Shown piece by piece: positions 49,123-63,352 of a DNA stretch of 64,000 nt. This DNA is from Ascoidea asiatica JCM 7603 (taxonomy: Eukaryota; Fungi; Ascomycota), in the NCBI GenBank assembly GCA_001600695.1, contig BCKQ01000007.1:84327-148326 (forward strand), in the 5' to 3' direction. Position 1 is the first letter of the stretch; every line of letters begins with the position of its first letter. The notes below the pieces were generated by a model, which did not search any database, was not told where the DNA came from, and saw only the letters and a list, made by a program, of their open reading frames with translations. The translations under genes and the position numbers were made by a program.

Positions 49123-52100
49123 AATGAAAGCTGGTGAAGTTTGTATACAGTGAGTATTTAATAAAATCATACCAAAGACTTGAAGAGTAATAAAATTCTG
49201 TTTCTTTTTAAATTGATATGCAAGAACAAATAGTATTCATAATCATTTAACCCCATTAACCGTACCAAGTATAGACTTTAACTGATTTGAGAAGTAGAAG
49301 ACGAATTGAATATTCAAAAAGGTTCCAAACATTCAGTCACTTGAATAGATTCGCACTCTTAGGTGACTTTTAATTAATTATTTGACTAGTCTCAATTTAG
49401 TTTTAGTTTAAAATATACCCAGCATTAGCTGGTTTACTTGTAGTCGAAAGATAAAAAGCCGAAGTAAAAAACTATCAAGAATGTTTGATTTTGTTTCATA
49501 ATTGATCCTGAAAATAATTACCAATTTGAAATAATAATAAAGCATTTAACCTTAAACAACATGATTTGAGTGAAAATAAAATTAGAATAATGCGCCAGGA
49601 AGTAAGGTAAACAAAGAAACTCAAGATATCTAGAACATTCAAAATCATCGGAGTTTGGAAGCTCATAGTACTAAAAATATTACCTCATGAATATTTTATA
49701 ATTTTTCTTTCCGAGGTGCTTTTATTATTTATTAATGTTTTTGAGTTAAAAATTTTTTTCGGGAATTGAAGGTATTTGCTGAAATAAAGTTAGCTGCTGA
49801 GTTGAAGGTAGCTCTTTTCAAAAGGCACAATATTATTCCGAGTTAAACTTTCAAGAATATTTCCATATCCTGTATAAGCAATATTATCATTTACTTAGTT
49901 GGAAGTATGCATTTCAATTATTGAAATTAATTTTTCTTTTTCATTTTCTCTTTCAATTAGAAGAGCAGGTAAACTTTGAAACTTCAGAGAATCCTTTATT
50001 TTTGAAAAACAACTGTTTCTTTTGTCTATCAATTAGAAATAGTTTATGCTGTATTACCTCTTTTCTTCAATTAAATTTTCAGCAAGTTATAGTCCAATAA
50101 ATCATCTTTTTGTAATAATTTGGAGATCTTTTCTTTCTCCTGTATTCAAGGAACATTGGCTAAATATAGGAAGTAATAATTAGGTAATGATTACCATTTT
50201 CAGAACAATTTAAAACAGTTCACTAGTCATAATGTAAATAAGATGAAGTTCAACCAATAATGTAGACCTAAAGATACAATCAGTTTAAATTCTGGTTTTT
50301 GACAGGATTTTTACATTTGTTCATGAATTTCAAAGTTTCCTAAAATTTTGATCAAAAACCGACCTAATATATTAATAATAATTTGAACTCCTCTTTTCTT
50401 TGTTGAACACTGATCTCTTAGTAATGTTGTACAGGAATTTCAAAATACTTCCTTCTGTAATTTTCTTTTGACTTTTTTACCAACGAAAAGTATGGTGATT
50501 GGAGAAACAATAACTGAATGAAAACTTATTACTTGAAAGAGAGCTAACTCAAAAAACCTTTTGAAACCAAAATACTGATGACTCTTCGTTAATGAGTAAA
50601 ATTTTATTGTCAAGGAGGATCCTTCTGGATTTTATATTGTAAATATTTCTGGATATTTTTAACTCTCTTAGCATATTCTTAGGCTAAAAGATAAAGTTCA
50701 TCAAGAAAAGCAAATTTGTTGAATGATGAACATTTAATAAGTTCTAAAAAGTTGTAAAAGAAGAAAAATATTGATGATGCAAAACATATCTAAAGCCTCA
50801 GTATGTTTGTCAGATTATTGAAAAGCTAGAAATAAAATAGGATATATTTTTTAAGCAAACTATACTTTTCTTGAACTTACTTTTGAAACAGAAAGTAAAA
50901 AAGCCAGAGAAAATAACAATAATTTTCTTAGAAAGTATGTTTAGATAATTTGCTCAACTATACTCCTGAAGCAAATATTCCTTAACTATGAAAGCTTTTC
51001 CAGCTTAAGAATAGCTATAGAATATTATCTTCGAAAAATTTAATAGAGAAAATTATAGAAAAGTAAAAAATCAAAATTGGGAATATTTTTGGAAGAAAAT
51101 AGTGAAATAAAATAGTGAAATTGTGCAATAGCAATGCTATCCCTTTATTATATTCATATCCCTTGTCCTTTATCCTTCACTTCTTCAGTTCTGCCTGTTT
51201 AATTTCCCGGTAAAACCACGTTCACCAATTTCAATTCAAACCCCAAAACCAGCGTCTGTGGAAAGATGCGCATAAGCAGCCATATACGCCAATGCACGTT
51301 TTGAGTCCTGTGCACATTCTTTGGCGTCTCAAAAAAGTTGCGTTGATCTCCATTTTGCTGCAAAAAGTCAAGAAACTTAACTTCATTTCAACGCAAGTCT
51401 TGCTCCCATTTTACCAACAGTTACAGTTAAGGTTAAATTATTTCTCTCCTTCACCAGGTATGAAGAACCATCACTTCCGAAGCATATTGATAGTTGATGT
51501 CTTTGATGTCTTTGAATTGAAACAAAAGAATGAAAACCAATTTGTCAGAGTCTTTTGTTATTATTAGCCTCTAGCTTGAAATGATTGAAAGAGCTTCTCA
51601 ATAATTTCAAAGAACCAAGAAAAACATCACTATTTTGAGCCCAGCTCATTTATAATTATAATCACCATTATTATATCCGGGGACTATAGTACTTTATCTA
51701 AGGAAAGTATTGAAGACTTTCTTTATGCTGAGTTCAATCAATGATTGTTATTAGCTTTATAGTTTTAAATATAACTAGCAAATATGAGACAATTTTGACC
51801 TTCTCTTTAGGAATATTTAATGAAATTTCATACTTATTAGAAAATTAATTTGTAAAATCATTATTTCGATTCTTAAGTAGAAATCTCTTAAAATAGCAGT
51901 TCAAAGTATCCAAATTGCTGAAATATTTTTGAACTTTCCGAGATATTAATGAAATTAAGTGAAATTTAATGAAAAATAATGAAAATATTGAAAATATCGA
52001 AATTTATCAAAAACAATAATCAATAAATAACATGTAAATTTGATAAATGCTGTTAAGAGCATATAACATCTCCTTTTATACCCCGATATTTATCAGCCTT

Positions 52101-53339
52101 TTTGGGATTAATCAATTGATTAGCCTCATGTCTTCGAAAAGCAGCATAATAATTTAATAAATATTAATTAAAAAATCAATATCATTGAAGTTGAAACATA
52201 TCACACCAGCATTACAGCTTCAATTTACTAAGCTTGACTATTTGAATGAACACTCATAATAAAGTTTTTAATTACGAATATAGGTAGGGGGTAGTTAATA
52301 GTTTAAAACTTTTGGATATCCTACCGGAACTTTATCATCTCCATAGAACTCAATTACCAGGCAATGATCTAATCATCTAACAGTAGAATTCTACCATATT
52401 GCATATAATCAAATTAGTCTAATTTTTGAGAAATTAACCTTGATAGATTGATTTTTAGCTTGAAATTTGATCCGACATAACAGCCTTCTTTCAGAAAGTA
52501 AAAAAACCGATTCAAGAAAGTATCAATTCAGAAACAAATCTAGCGAAGAACTTGCTTATCTGAACCACATTATTTCAAAACTATGCTTCAACACCATCCT
52601 TCAGCACCATCTTTCAACATCATTCTTCGGCATCATTCTTCAACATCAATATTTGACATCAATCTTCCAAAATATCATCTTTCACCTTGTAGTTTGTTCT
52701 TAATTTGAAACACACTCAAGGATAACGCCTGAAAAGAACGTTTTTAGTAAATACATCATCATTATCATAAACAAAGGGAAGTATACTCCTTTTCCTTATT
52801 GTAAAAAAAGCTTCTCCTAAAGAACATTGTAAAATGGTGTAAAATACCGAACTAGAAATCTCCTTCATCTTCAGCAATCTTAACAAGCATTAAGGAAAGA
52901 AGCTATCATAATATTTTTTTTGAGTAAAAACAGCTGATAAAGAAACTGTTTTCATGACTTACGTTCTGCAATTTTCATATATCATAGGAAAGATAATTAT
53001 CAGAAGACCTAAATCAGCAACAATAAAAGAGAAGAAACAACTAACACTAGGAAAATAGAAAAAAGAAAAAAAAAAAAACTATAAAGGGGATATAATATCT
53101 ATTTATTGATATATCTATAAGAATGATTTCACATACATAAAAGTATTGACTTTCCTCTTTTCATTATAAAAATGCTTAAAAGATATAATTTGAGATTTAG
53201 AAGAATTTTAAATCATTTAAGAAACAGAATGATTAAAAAACAACTAATGAAATTGAAAGCAAAAGAGGTGAAAAAGAAGCAAAAAAGAAGCAAAATAAAG
53301 TAAATGAAAAATTCTTTCAAAGCTACCCCTTTCTGATAC

Positions 53340-53359
53340 ATCCTGTATTTATACAGGAT
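53340..53359. repeat. Dyad ATCCTGTAT-TT-ATACAGGAT
   Basis: Perfect 9-bp arms with a 2-nt spacer. Confidence 0.8.
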
Positions 53360-56300
53360 ATACATTTTATTGTAAATTTGTATCTTCAGAGAGAGATTTT
53401 TAAGCAAATAAAAACAAACTATAAAACTTTCATTTTAAGTAAAAGTAAAGTAAAAGAAGAAGAAAATGAAAATAAAAAAAGAAGATGAAAAATAAGAAAA
53501 GAGAAAAGAAAAAAGGTTATAAATAATTGATAATAATTAGTAATAGCTATCCAAAATCAACAAAAAAAATATGTTCTTTTCTTAAATACTATTATATGCT
53601 TATTTGCAATTTGTTTTTTCATCAAAAAAACTCTTTTATCCACTTTGAAATATTGAAGATAATTCAGATTCCACTACTCAAGAACCAAATTATCGACTGA
53701 GAAGAAAAAAAAGATAAAAAAAAAGAATAAAAAAGTAGAAGAAGAATTTTATGCCCTTTCAGAATAAAGGAATTGGTTTAAAATAAGGAACAAAATTGTA
53801 TATAAAAAAACGCAAAAATTGAATATATAAATACTGACTCTATTTTTTCTCAGTACTGTATTTATTTGTAATTTTCTAGGAGCACTAGGCCCTCCCCACA
53901 AAGGGAAATGTGCATGCACGGGTCACTCTGGTTTCATGCTCCTCAAGGCGGGTGCATGCCTACATCCTAGAAAGTGCGTGATAATAGGCGTCAGTTTTGC
54001 ATTTGAGGCACAGTGGTTGCAAATCAGGAACTTTTCAGCCACAAAAAGCAAATAAAAGATAAAATAACCGCGGCTGTTGGATTTGGGGCTTTGTTTCAGC
54101 GGCACAAAATCGCTGGGGTGTTTCAAAAGAGCTTAGTATCGCTCAGTACCACAATTTGTGATATATTGCTTTTTACAGCTCTGTCTGTGATAAAATTAGA
54201 TACCACCAGTCTGGGTAGTACTGTTTTTGCTTGTAAATGATGAAAATAGCTGTGCTACACGGCACACGCACTCTTTCACATGTCTTATGAGGCTCCATTG
54301 TGCATTTGCACCCCTACCGCCAACAATCAACAAACACACAAACGCAAACGCAAACACAATTACAATCACAATCATTCTTCCATTTGCGTCGACCAAGCTG
54401 GCAATGCGTATTTTCCAGCACGCACATTTCCCACGCTCTATTTATTCACTATTCAACAAGATGTTTTTGGGTCTCCTTTTTACACATTTGGGCTTTATGG
54501 TTTTTATTAGTGAGCTGGTGCTATCTGTACTGAAATTTACCAAGCAAATTCACTAGCAATTTTATTGGCAAGTTTATTACCAAGTTTATTAGGCAAATTT
54601 ATTAAAACATTTATTACCGAATTCATTCATTCTCTCTTCCAAAAAAACATAAATATATTTTTGTTGAAACTTTTGATGTTAGGCTTTAATGGCCTAAGAA
54701 TTATTCATTATAATTTATTTACTTTTATTAACACTTTTATAGTTCTCGAAAATTTCAAGAATTAAAGCCTTCTGTATTATCTTTTCCTTCAAATATAGGA
54801 TTAGATACTTTTTGTTATCCCCTATTTTAAAAAATCTAAAATCTTTGATATTTTTTCGTTGATATTTGCTCTTTTTTATTTTCTTTTTAAATAAAATGTA
54901 AGATTTAATATATATGTTATTTCAATTAGAATACAATTTATATTCTTAACAAAAAATGTGGTATAGATTATCCTTTTTTCTTTTCTCAGAAATTGGATTT
55001 AACTATTAAGTTATACAATTTTTTTTACTTTTATTATCATATTTAATCAATTAAAAGAAAATCTTTTATATTATATATTAATATTGAATTTTATATTGAT
55101 TTTCTTTATTATATTCGAATCCTGAAATTATAATAAATTTGTTATTTTCAGAAGAGAATTTTAATTAAACATAATCATTATACTATTCAATAGGGTATAT
55201 GCTAAATGTTTTGATAGATTCTAACAAAGACTTGTTAATCACCAGTTCTTCTAAGCTATTACAGTTTATAAAGTAATAACAATGAGAAGAAAAGAATAAA
55301 CAAAAAAAGAGGATGAAGAATAGTATCAAACATACATTTTATTGGGTTAATAAGATGGTATATAAACTTCATCAATGATCTATGGAAGCCATATATTCTT
55401 TAATCAAGTTGCACATTTTTATTAAAGATTCTTAAAAATACATTCTCATTATTCATTACTAAAGCTTTTTCAATCAAATTCATGAAATTTTACCATTTCA
55501 ATAAAGATTCTTTATGATTAAGTTACTTTATTTTGATTATGATTTTAACTGATTCAATTAATCAAGCAAGCAATCAATCAGACAAGGCATAAATCAAAAA
55601 ATCTATCAATTAATTAAGGCAAACCAAACCATACCAAACCAAATCTAATCAAATCTAATCTAATCAGTTCTATCACATTACAACATATTCTTATTTCATT
55701 CAATTAATATCATGGTTATGATTATTGTTCTTAATGCTACTTTTTATTGGGTTATTTTTTCTGTAAAAGTTGAGAATCTTTTCAGTTTAATAATAAAGTT
55801 TAATATTATCAAATAATAATATCCTCCTATGATCATGTCATCATATAATCTCCCAATTATATTTCTTGAAGTTGTATGGATTAATCTTTTCTTGTACTTT
55901 TTCAAAAATAAGCTTTTTGATGGTTTTTGAAATTTTGAAAAACCGAACCCCTACAAATTATAATTTTTAAAAAAGTTAATGCACTTAATCAATTATCAAG
56001 GGTCCAATAATTAATAATTGAACCTAAAGGTTGTAATAGATGTAATGGATGTATTGGATATGACGGATGTAATAGACTAAATGGTGATTTAGGATTATTA
56101 TCAAGAAATTATTAGATTCTTTTTCTTTTTCGTTTTGTTTAGTATTTTTTTCTTAAATTCAAGTAAAAAACAAAGAGAAATATAAAAGATTTTCAAGCAT
56201 TTAAAAGAATTAAAATGAATTTCAAAGTAATACAAATGAGATTGTATTTAAAAAAGAGGATTTTTATATAAACAAAGCATTAAAAGACATGTTTTATTTA

Positions 56301-59300
56301 ATAAGGTTAATCAATACTTACATTACTTTTTTCATAAATGAATTCTTTAATATATTTTTCAGATTTTTCATCAATTTGTTTATACAATAATTTATTGAAA
56401 AAGAGAATCAACCCAAACCAAAAGAAAGGTAATATATCAATCAGTTCAATTAAGGTAATAAATAAAGTTATAATGATATAGTTTTAATGAGTTTTTGATT
56501 TTTAAGGTAATGAAAAAGAGAAAAAATAGGTAAAAATAAATGAAAATAAGTGAAAATAAGAGAAATAAGACAAAAAGGAAAAGAAGAAAGAAAAAGAAGA
56601 AGATAATGTGAGTGGTAAGGTTAATACTCATCATTATTTAATTAAGCTTTTCAAAGAATTTAAGAATTGATCGTATGATGATGGTATAAAATATTGATAT
56701 TAATTTTAATAATCTTTGAGATGAATGATGAATATGATGAATATTTTTAATTGATAAAACAATAAAGAAAAACAAAACAGAGTAAATTATATTTCATAGA
56801 TTATAGATTTTAATTTGAATGCTAATAAAAGTTCTCATTACTTGAGAAAAAACAATCAAAGATATAAGCTTATTAATCTATTCTAATAGAGTAAGTAAGT
56901 AAGTAAGTAGGTAAGTAAATAAGTAAGTTTATACTGGATGTATACTGGATACCTTTAATATCATAAGATAATAGAAACCTCGGTATAGTTATACAAATCA
57001 ATGATTTCAATGATTTAATGAAACTTAATTTGAAAGAGAGTCAATTCAATTTAATATCTTAATTTTATTTTTTATATACTCTCTTTATACTTTTAATAAG
57101 TTATATTCCAAGTCAAAAATAATCAAATGGACATAAATTAATAAGCTTATAAAAATTAATAATTGTAATTAAAGGAGTTAAAATTTATAAATAATGATAA
57201 CATGCTAAACTAAAATTTTAATAAAAAGATAATAAAATAATAATAATCATTCATTTATTTTTGCAAAAAAATCAAAATTTTTTGGTAAGAAATTGTTCGA
57301 AATAAAAATTGTGAGTTTCAAATAGTATTCCAGCAAGTTTTTATAATGAGAAGATCTTCTCTTTCAATAACTTACTTTTATCATCATTATATCATTATAA
57401 TTATCATTATCATTATTATTGTGCTTAATATTATTATCATAAAATGCTTATCCTACAGATTATATAATCCTTATATTCAACATATTAATTATATTCACCA
57501 TATTTATTATATTTACTATGTAAGATTACAAGGACTGCAAAAGTTACAAAGATTGTAAAAATATAAAAAAGTGCAACCGAAGCTGAATGCCGTGCACAGG
57601 AAAACACCTCCAAAAGCACTGAAATACACCGAGGCACGGCAACAGGGCTAGGCGTAGCCACGGCAGACTACGGTACTCCGCCTGAAACATGCATTTCCAC
57701 ACACGCGGCCAAACGGTGCATCTCCCACGTTAATTGGCCAAGCCTGAGATTGAAAAGGAGATAAATTGAAAAATTAAATGCAACCTTGAAAATTCTACTT
57801 CAGTGGTTATTTTTAATTGAAATTGGTAGTTATATGAAATATTTGTTAACTGATTGGTGCAAAAGAAAAAGAAAAGTGGTTATTTGAAATATGGTGTGTT
57901 TGTACAAACTTTGTAGAGATAATTAATATTTCAAGATCATCGTTAATAATTACCATTTTTGATATTTGTAATCATCGATGCACAACAAACTGAGTAGTGG
58001 TGGTTGCTAACCGCCACACACGTATGGACCGCCTTGCCCAGACAAAACTTAGGTTGCAAAAAATGGGTGGTGGGCAGTGGAGGTGGGCAGTGTGCAGTAG
58101 GTTATAGATTTAATACATGGTTTTGGCTTTAGGAAACCTTGAAAAACAATTAGGCCACAGAACCCCACCCCCTCTTCCTCCGGGACTGGGAAAGGTACGA
58201 CATGAAGCTCGTGGCTGGTGTGTGTTCGCCGGATGTCCCAACGAAACGTCACAAGCTCTTTTTATTATGAATTTTCTCGTTTGAGAACGTGTGAATAGTT
58301 GGATTTTTTTATTGTCACTTTCATTTTCAGCTTTATTTCATTTTGTTTCGTTTCATTTTTGTGGCTGGGAATTCTGGGCGTGAGGATAAAAAGCAAGAGA
58401 ATTTGAAACCGAAGGAGAGGTGGAAAGAAGCCGAGGGTTAGTTCTGCCGAGGTTACTCCCCTCCTGAATACATGGTTTATGAATTTAACTTTCAAAAGCG
58501 ATCAGAAAAAATCTAAAAAGATCAAAAGAATTAAAAAGAATCCGAAAAGACCTTAAACAAACAGAAAGAACTGAAAAGCCTTGAAGAAAGATTTGACTCT
58601 TTTGAAAGATGAATCTGCTGCAATTGCTATTAATCAATTTAGGTACAATAATATAATAATATTACAATACACAGCCTAACTAATTCCACAAACAAGGACT
58701 TGAAAGTATTGAAAGTCATGAAAGCCAAGAACTGAACTGGATAGAAATCATTTTTTGTTGCTTGAAAAGGTAACAGAAAAAGAGACTTGAGAATCGTCGC
58801 TAGGATGTTGAAAGCGGAACCCCTTTCTTTTGCGTTACGTTTGCGTTTTTGAATTCAATTCAATTGAGATACGATTTGATTTATTCCCACCACCCACCAC
58901 CATTGAATCCTAGACACGAACACGAACCCAACCACAAACGGACCACTTTCTCCATGGTATCACTGCAAATACTGGAAATACTGCAAATAACAAGATTACA
59001 ACAGCAACAGCAACAGCAGCATCACAGCCCACCGGAACAAATCGCTATCAAATCACAGCTTTGAAACCTTGAAACTTTGAAACTGGTGATGCAAATCTGT
59101 TTTAGTGCCAACAACCTTAAAATAAAAAAACGTAATAAACATAAAAATATAAAAAGTATTTGCATTTCCACTGCTTAACCAACCGTAAGTCAAAAACTAA
59201 ATATCCAATATCCAATATCTAATATTAAAACTATTTCAAGTTGCAATTGAAATGGAAATGGAATTGGAATTGGAATAAACCACAATACTTAATACTTGTT

Positions 59301-60539
59301 TCTTTCTTTATTTTCTTTATTTCTTTATTTTCATAAGGAAATAATATTCCGATATCGTAATTTGATAGAAAATGGACCTTTTCCAATTACAAATCAACAT
59401 TAAAATCTTTTCACAAGCAAACTGAATTTAATCCATTCACTTTTCTTTTATGTTTCAAATCATTCGGCAATTTCTTGTTTTTTCTTCTCTTTTCTTCTCT
59501 TTTCTTCTCTTTTCTTGTCTTTTTTAGTCTTTTCTTGTTTATTCTTGTTTTTTCTCACCTTTTTGATTTATTTTCTTAATATTTTCTTAATATTTTCTTA
59601 ATATTCTCTAGGTTTTATCTCGTTTTCGGCTTGTTATTACTAAACTTCTTGTTGTTATTTTTATTATTATTTTTTTTTATCCTTGGGTTAAAATTATCAT
59701 CAAGAATGTGAATTATTATATCATCATTATATTTTCTAAGTAAATATATTAAATATATTGAATCATTGATTAATTTTCTATTTGTTTTCTTCTTTTAACT
59801 CTGTTGTTATTCCTGTTCTTGTTCTTGTTCTTGTTCTTGTTGTTAATCATGGTTCCAATTCTCGTAAATTCTTCTTTGCTTTTTATTATATCATATCATA
59901 TTATATCATGAATAGTATAAAATCATATCATTTCATATCATTTCATTTCATACCATTTCATATCGTATTATAATATAGTTCAAATCTAATTCAAATCTAA
60001 ATCAATCTCAAAGCAAAATTAAAGCAATATTGAAACTTATTTAGACATCCTTAAACAAAACAAACATTTATTATTAAATGTTATTAAATGTTATTAAAAT
60101 CTATTTAAAATTGAGAGAAGTAAACTATTGAAAAATTTATATACTGTATCTTAACTTGTATATAACTTTTATTATATATATATACTTGTATATATTTTAT
60201 ACATATATATTTTATACATATATATCTTACTTATAAAAATCATTTTAGCCGGGGTTAATTGAATATTTATTTATTTTTAAGCCTTATAAATTATAAAAGT
60301 AATTTTCATTCTCTTCATATATTATTATTTCTTTATTTCATATAAAAGGAATTCATTTCTTCCATTTATCTATTCATTCATTCATTCATTTAATCTTTAA
60401 CCTCAATTATATCATATCATATCATATTATATTATATTATACTATACTATTTCATATCACATCATATCATATCATATCATATCATATCAAATACCATATC
60501 ATCTTACATTTCAATGAATAGTTATTATAATTAATTATT

Positions 60540-61091
60540 ATGGCAAATATAATGGATGCTCAAATCATTTTACCATTAAATTCAAATCAAATTTATACTG
60601 CTAGAGGTCCGGTATTTATTGGTACTGAACCAACATTAATTTTATTTAGAGATTTTAATTTAAATAATAAAAATTTAAAAAAAGTTAATATAACTTCAGA
60701 ATTAAAAAATCAAATTATTGATAAAAATATTTTAGTTGGAATTTTTCATCTTGAAAAAAATTCATTAAAAACTTTAGAAAATATAAATGATTATAATGAT
60801 TTAAATTTAAATTCTTTTAATAATAATCATAATAACAACAACATTAATGATTTAAATAATTTTATTCAAAATAATTATACTGAAACTTTTTTACATTATA
60901 TTACTTGTGATCCAATAAGTTTTGATATTATGCCAAATGATTATGAATTAAGAAATGTAAAAATTAATTATCAAATTAATTTAATTGGTTCAAGAGATTT
61001 TATATTTAAAGGTTATTATTATTTTGTTTTTACAACTTCTTTAAATTTTGGTGCAAAAAGAATTAGAAGTGATATTTTTTTTGTTAATTAA
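60540..61091 (+). CDS. Orphan 183-aa protein, probably beta-rich globular
   Basis: Host-like codon usage, TATAAAA near 60340, microsatellite-rich leader like other genes here, complex sequence with alternating hydrophobic strands. Confidence 0.75.
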   Translation: MANIMDAQIILPLNSNQIYTARGPVFIGTEPTLILFRDFNLNNKNLKKVNITSELKNQIIDKNILVGIFHLEKNSLKTLENINDYNDLNLNSFNNNHNNNNINDLNNFIQNNYTETFLHYITCDPISFDIMPNDYELRNVKINYQINLIGSRDFIFKGYYYFVFTTSLNFGAKRIRSDIFFVN

Positions 61092-61334
61092 TATTCCATT
61101 ATTTTATTATTCATTATAAATCTTTCATTTTTTTACTTTTATTTATTACATTTCTCATTATATTATTCATTATATTATTCATTATAGTTCTCATTATATA
61201 TATATATTTTATTTGTCATGTTAGTTAGTTAGTTAGTTCATCAATTCATTCAATATTTTTTTTCATATTTTTTTCATATTTCTCAGATTTTTTATATCTA
61301 TTTTTGTATATAATATATTGAATGATTTTTTTTT

Positions 61335-62384
61335 TTATCTATTTAATAAAAGATATTGTAATTGTTTTTTAATTAAATTTTCATCAAAATTATTCCATGA
61401 TTCATATAATGATAAAATCTCTTGAATTGATTCAATAATTTCTTGTAAATTAATATTTGAAAATGCTAAAAAATTATTCAAAAAAACTAATTTTTCATTA
61501 TATATTTGATATAAGTTTGAATTTGGATTAGAATTTGGATTTAAATTGGGATTTAAATTTGGACTAGAAAATTCATTTGATGATTCATTATATAACTCAT
61601 TTGATAAATCATTTGAAAATTCATTTGGATCACTTGATTGATCATTTAATTCATTTAATTTAATAATAATTGTTAAATAAATTGAAGAAATTGCAATAAT
61701 ATGAGGTGGAAATAATAATAATAAATCTGAAATATAAGAATCATTAATAATTGACCAAGATAATTGTAAATCATCATTTGATAATTGAATATTTTTAAAA
61801 TTATTATTTGATATTGAAATTGATTTATTTTTAGATAAAATTGAATTAAAATTATAATTTTCAAATAAACTTTTCAATTGAATTAAAGATTTATATGGAT
61901 GATAAATAATTAAATAATTATTTAATTCTTCAATTAAATAAAATTCAAATTCTGCTAATTTTGTTAAATCATTTGGTATATATTCTGGCCATAAATTTCT
62001 TGATTCATTTAAAATTGTTCTAATATGTATTGGATTTTCTTCAATTTTACATGATAAATAAATTGATGTTGAAATTAATAAATATAAATTAATTTCTTTA
62101 AAATTAACATTTATCAAAAATCTTTTAATATAAATTATTGAAGTTGCAATTGGTAAAATTGATTTTATATTTAATTTTCTTGATAATTTTAATATACAAT
62201 TATTTAAATATATTTTCATATTTGTATTATATAAAATATATTTAAATTGATCATTAATTGGTAATTGATTTGATAAATATAATTCTCTTTCTTGAGTATT
62301 TAAATCTAATTTTTTTTGCATTAATTGTTCTCTTGTCATTTGCCATTTATTTCTTTGAGTTGAATTCCAATAATTTGCACTCAT
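61335..62384 (-). CDS. SSN8: Cyclin C, Mediator kinase module subunit
   Basis: MSANYWNSTQRNKW, IYLSCKIEENPIHIRTILNESRNLWPEYIP, LAEFEFYLIEEL...IYHPYKSL, WSIINDSY..DL.LLFPPHIIA. Confidence 0.96.
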   Translation of the reverse strand: MSANYWNSTQRNKWQMTREQLMQKKLDLNTQERELYLSNQLPINDQFKYILYNTNMKIYLNNCILKLSRKLNIKSILPIATSIIYIKRFLINVNFKEINLYLLISTSIYLSCKIEENPIHIRTILNESRNLWPEYIPNDLTKLAEFEFYLIEELNNYLIIYHPYKSLIQLKSLFENYNFNSILSKNKSISISNNNFKNIQLSNDDLQLSWSIINDSYISDLLLLFPPHIIAISSIYLTIIIKLNELNDQSSDPNEFSNDLSNELYNESSNEFSSPNLNPNLNPNSNPNSNLYQIYNEKLVFLNNFLAFSNINLQEIIESIQEILSLYESWNNFDENLIKKQLQYLLLNR

Positions 62385-62824
62385 CTTATCAATTCATTAC
62401 TATTATTATTATTTTTATTGTTATTCCTCTATTCTTTTTTCTTAACTTTCAATTAGAATTAAGCTAAAATTGTTATCAATGAACTGATAGCTTTAGTAAA
62501 GTATTCTTAAAATATAAGGAGTGACTTATCATACTACCTTCACAAATACTTCACTCGTAAATGAATCAATTCCAAAACTGGATCTATCTTTTGAAACCTT
62601 CAAATCCTTTAGAACTATTGCTTCGATTATGCTTCTCTCTTTGTTATCCAGATTATCACTTGACTAGTTTTATTTAATTAAACAATCATTAAACAAATCT
62701 TCAATTTTTATTCTTACAATTTCCCCTTATTCTTTTTCCTTTAGTATTTAACGTTACTAATGTTCAAATCCACTCCAAACTCTTACCAAAACAATTGTTT
62801 AACAAAAATGACTTTTCTTAACTA

Positions 62825-62933
62825 ATCCATAATATTGGTCTCTGATGTGCACATGATAACGCGGATATTAAAATCCGCTAAAATATTTTCCGTAAACATT
62901 ATCCGCACCAAATATCCAATAATATGGTCTCAC
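62825..62933 (-). promoter_or_regulatory. SSN8/YRB1 divergent promoter: two GAGACCA-N7-GGAT elements flanking a CGG-N10-CCG dyad
   Basis: + strand ATCC-ATAATAT-TGGTCTC (62825-62842), GCGGAT-ATTAAA-ATCCGC (62861-62878), ATCC-AATAATA-TGGTCTC (62914-62931). Confidence 0.6.
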
Positions 62934-63352
62934 TTATATCACATGATATATATTTTAGAAGTCCCTCAGAACTGGCTTTGTAATTATTTTTTGAATTTTT
63001 TTTGTCTGTTTTCAAAGTTTTTGCCGTTGAAAGCTGAAAATTGAAAATGCTTCCATTTTTTTCCAGCGCTTTCTCTGGCACGTCGCACTTTGAATAGTTG
63101 TTCACTATTTAAAAGCTCGCCAGATTTTATTTGATTTTTAGTGCAAATACTACTACTTACTATTTGAGATTCTGATAGTAGAAGAAGAAGAAGAAGAATA
63201 AGAAGAAATATACTATTATTATTTATATTATATTATATCACATTATTGAATCTAATTAATAATCAATTAATTAATTCAATATATCTTTATTTCAATAATA
63301 TTCTTTTTTGAATCCTTTTTATATTACTAAATAATCTGAAAAAATCAATAAT

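Noticed and set aside
53343-53356. CTGTATTTATACAG as a LexA/SOS-like box
   Set aside because: Spacing is CTG-N8-CAG rather than N10, and the host is a eukaryote
55745-56370. Possible spliced minus-strand micro-ORF using GTAAGT near 56321, and a Cys/Gly-rich plus frame (KGCNRCNGCIG) near 56026
   Set aside because: No canonical branch point, alternative acceptors give unrelated products, and the plus frame has no ATG; a degenerate 9-bp repeat explains the pattern
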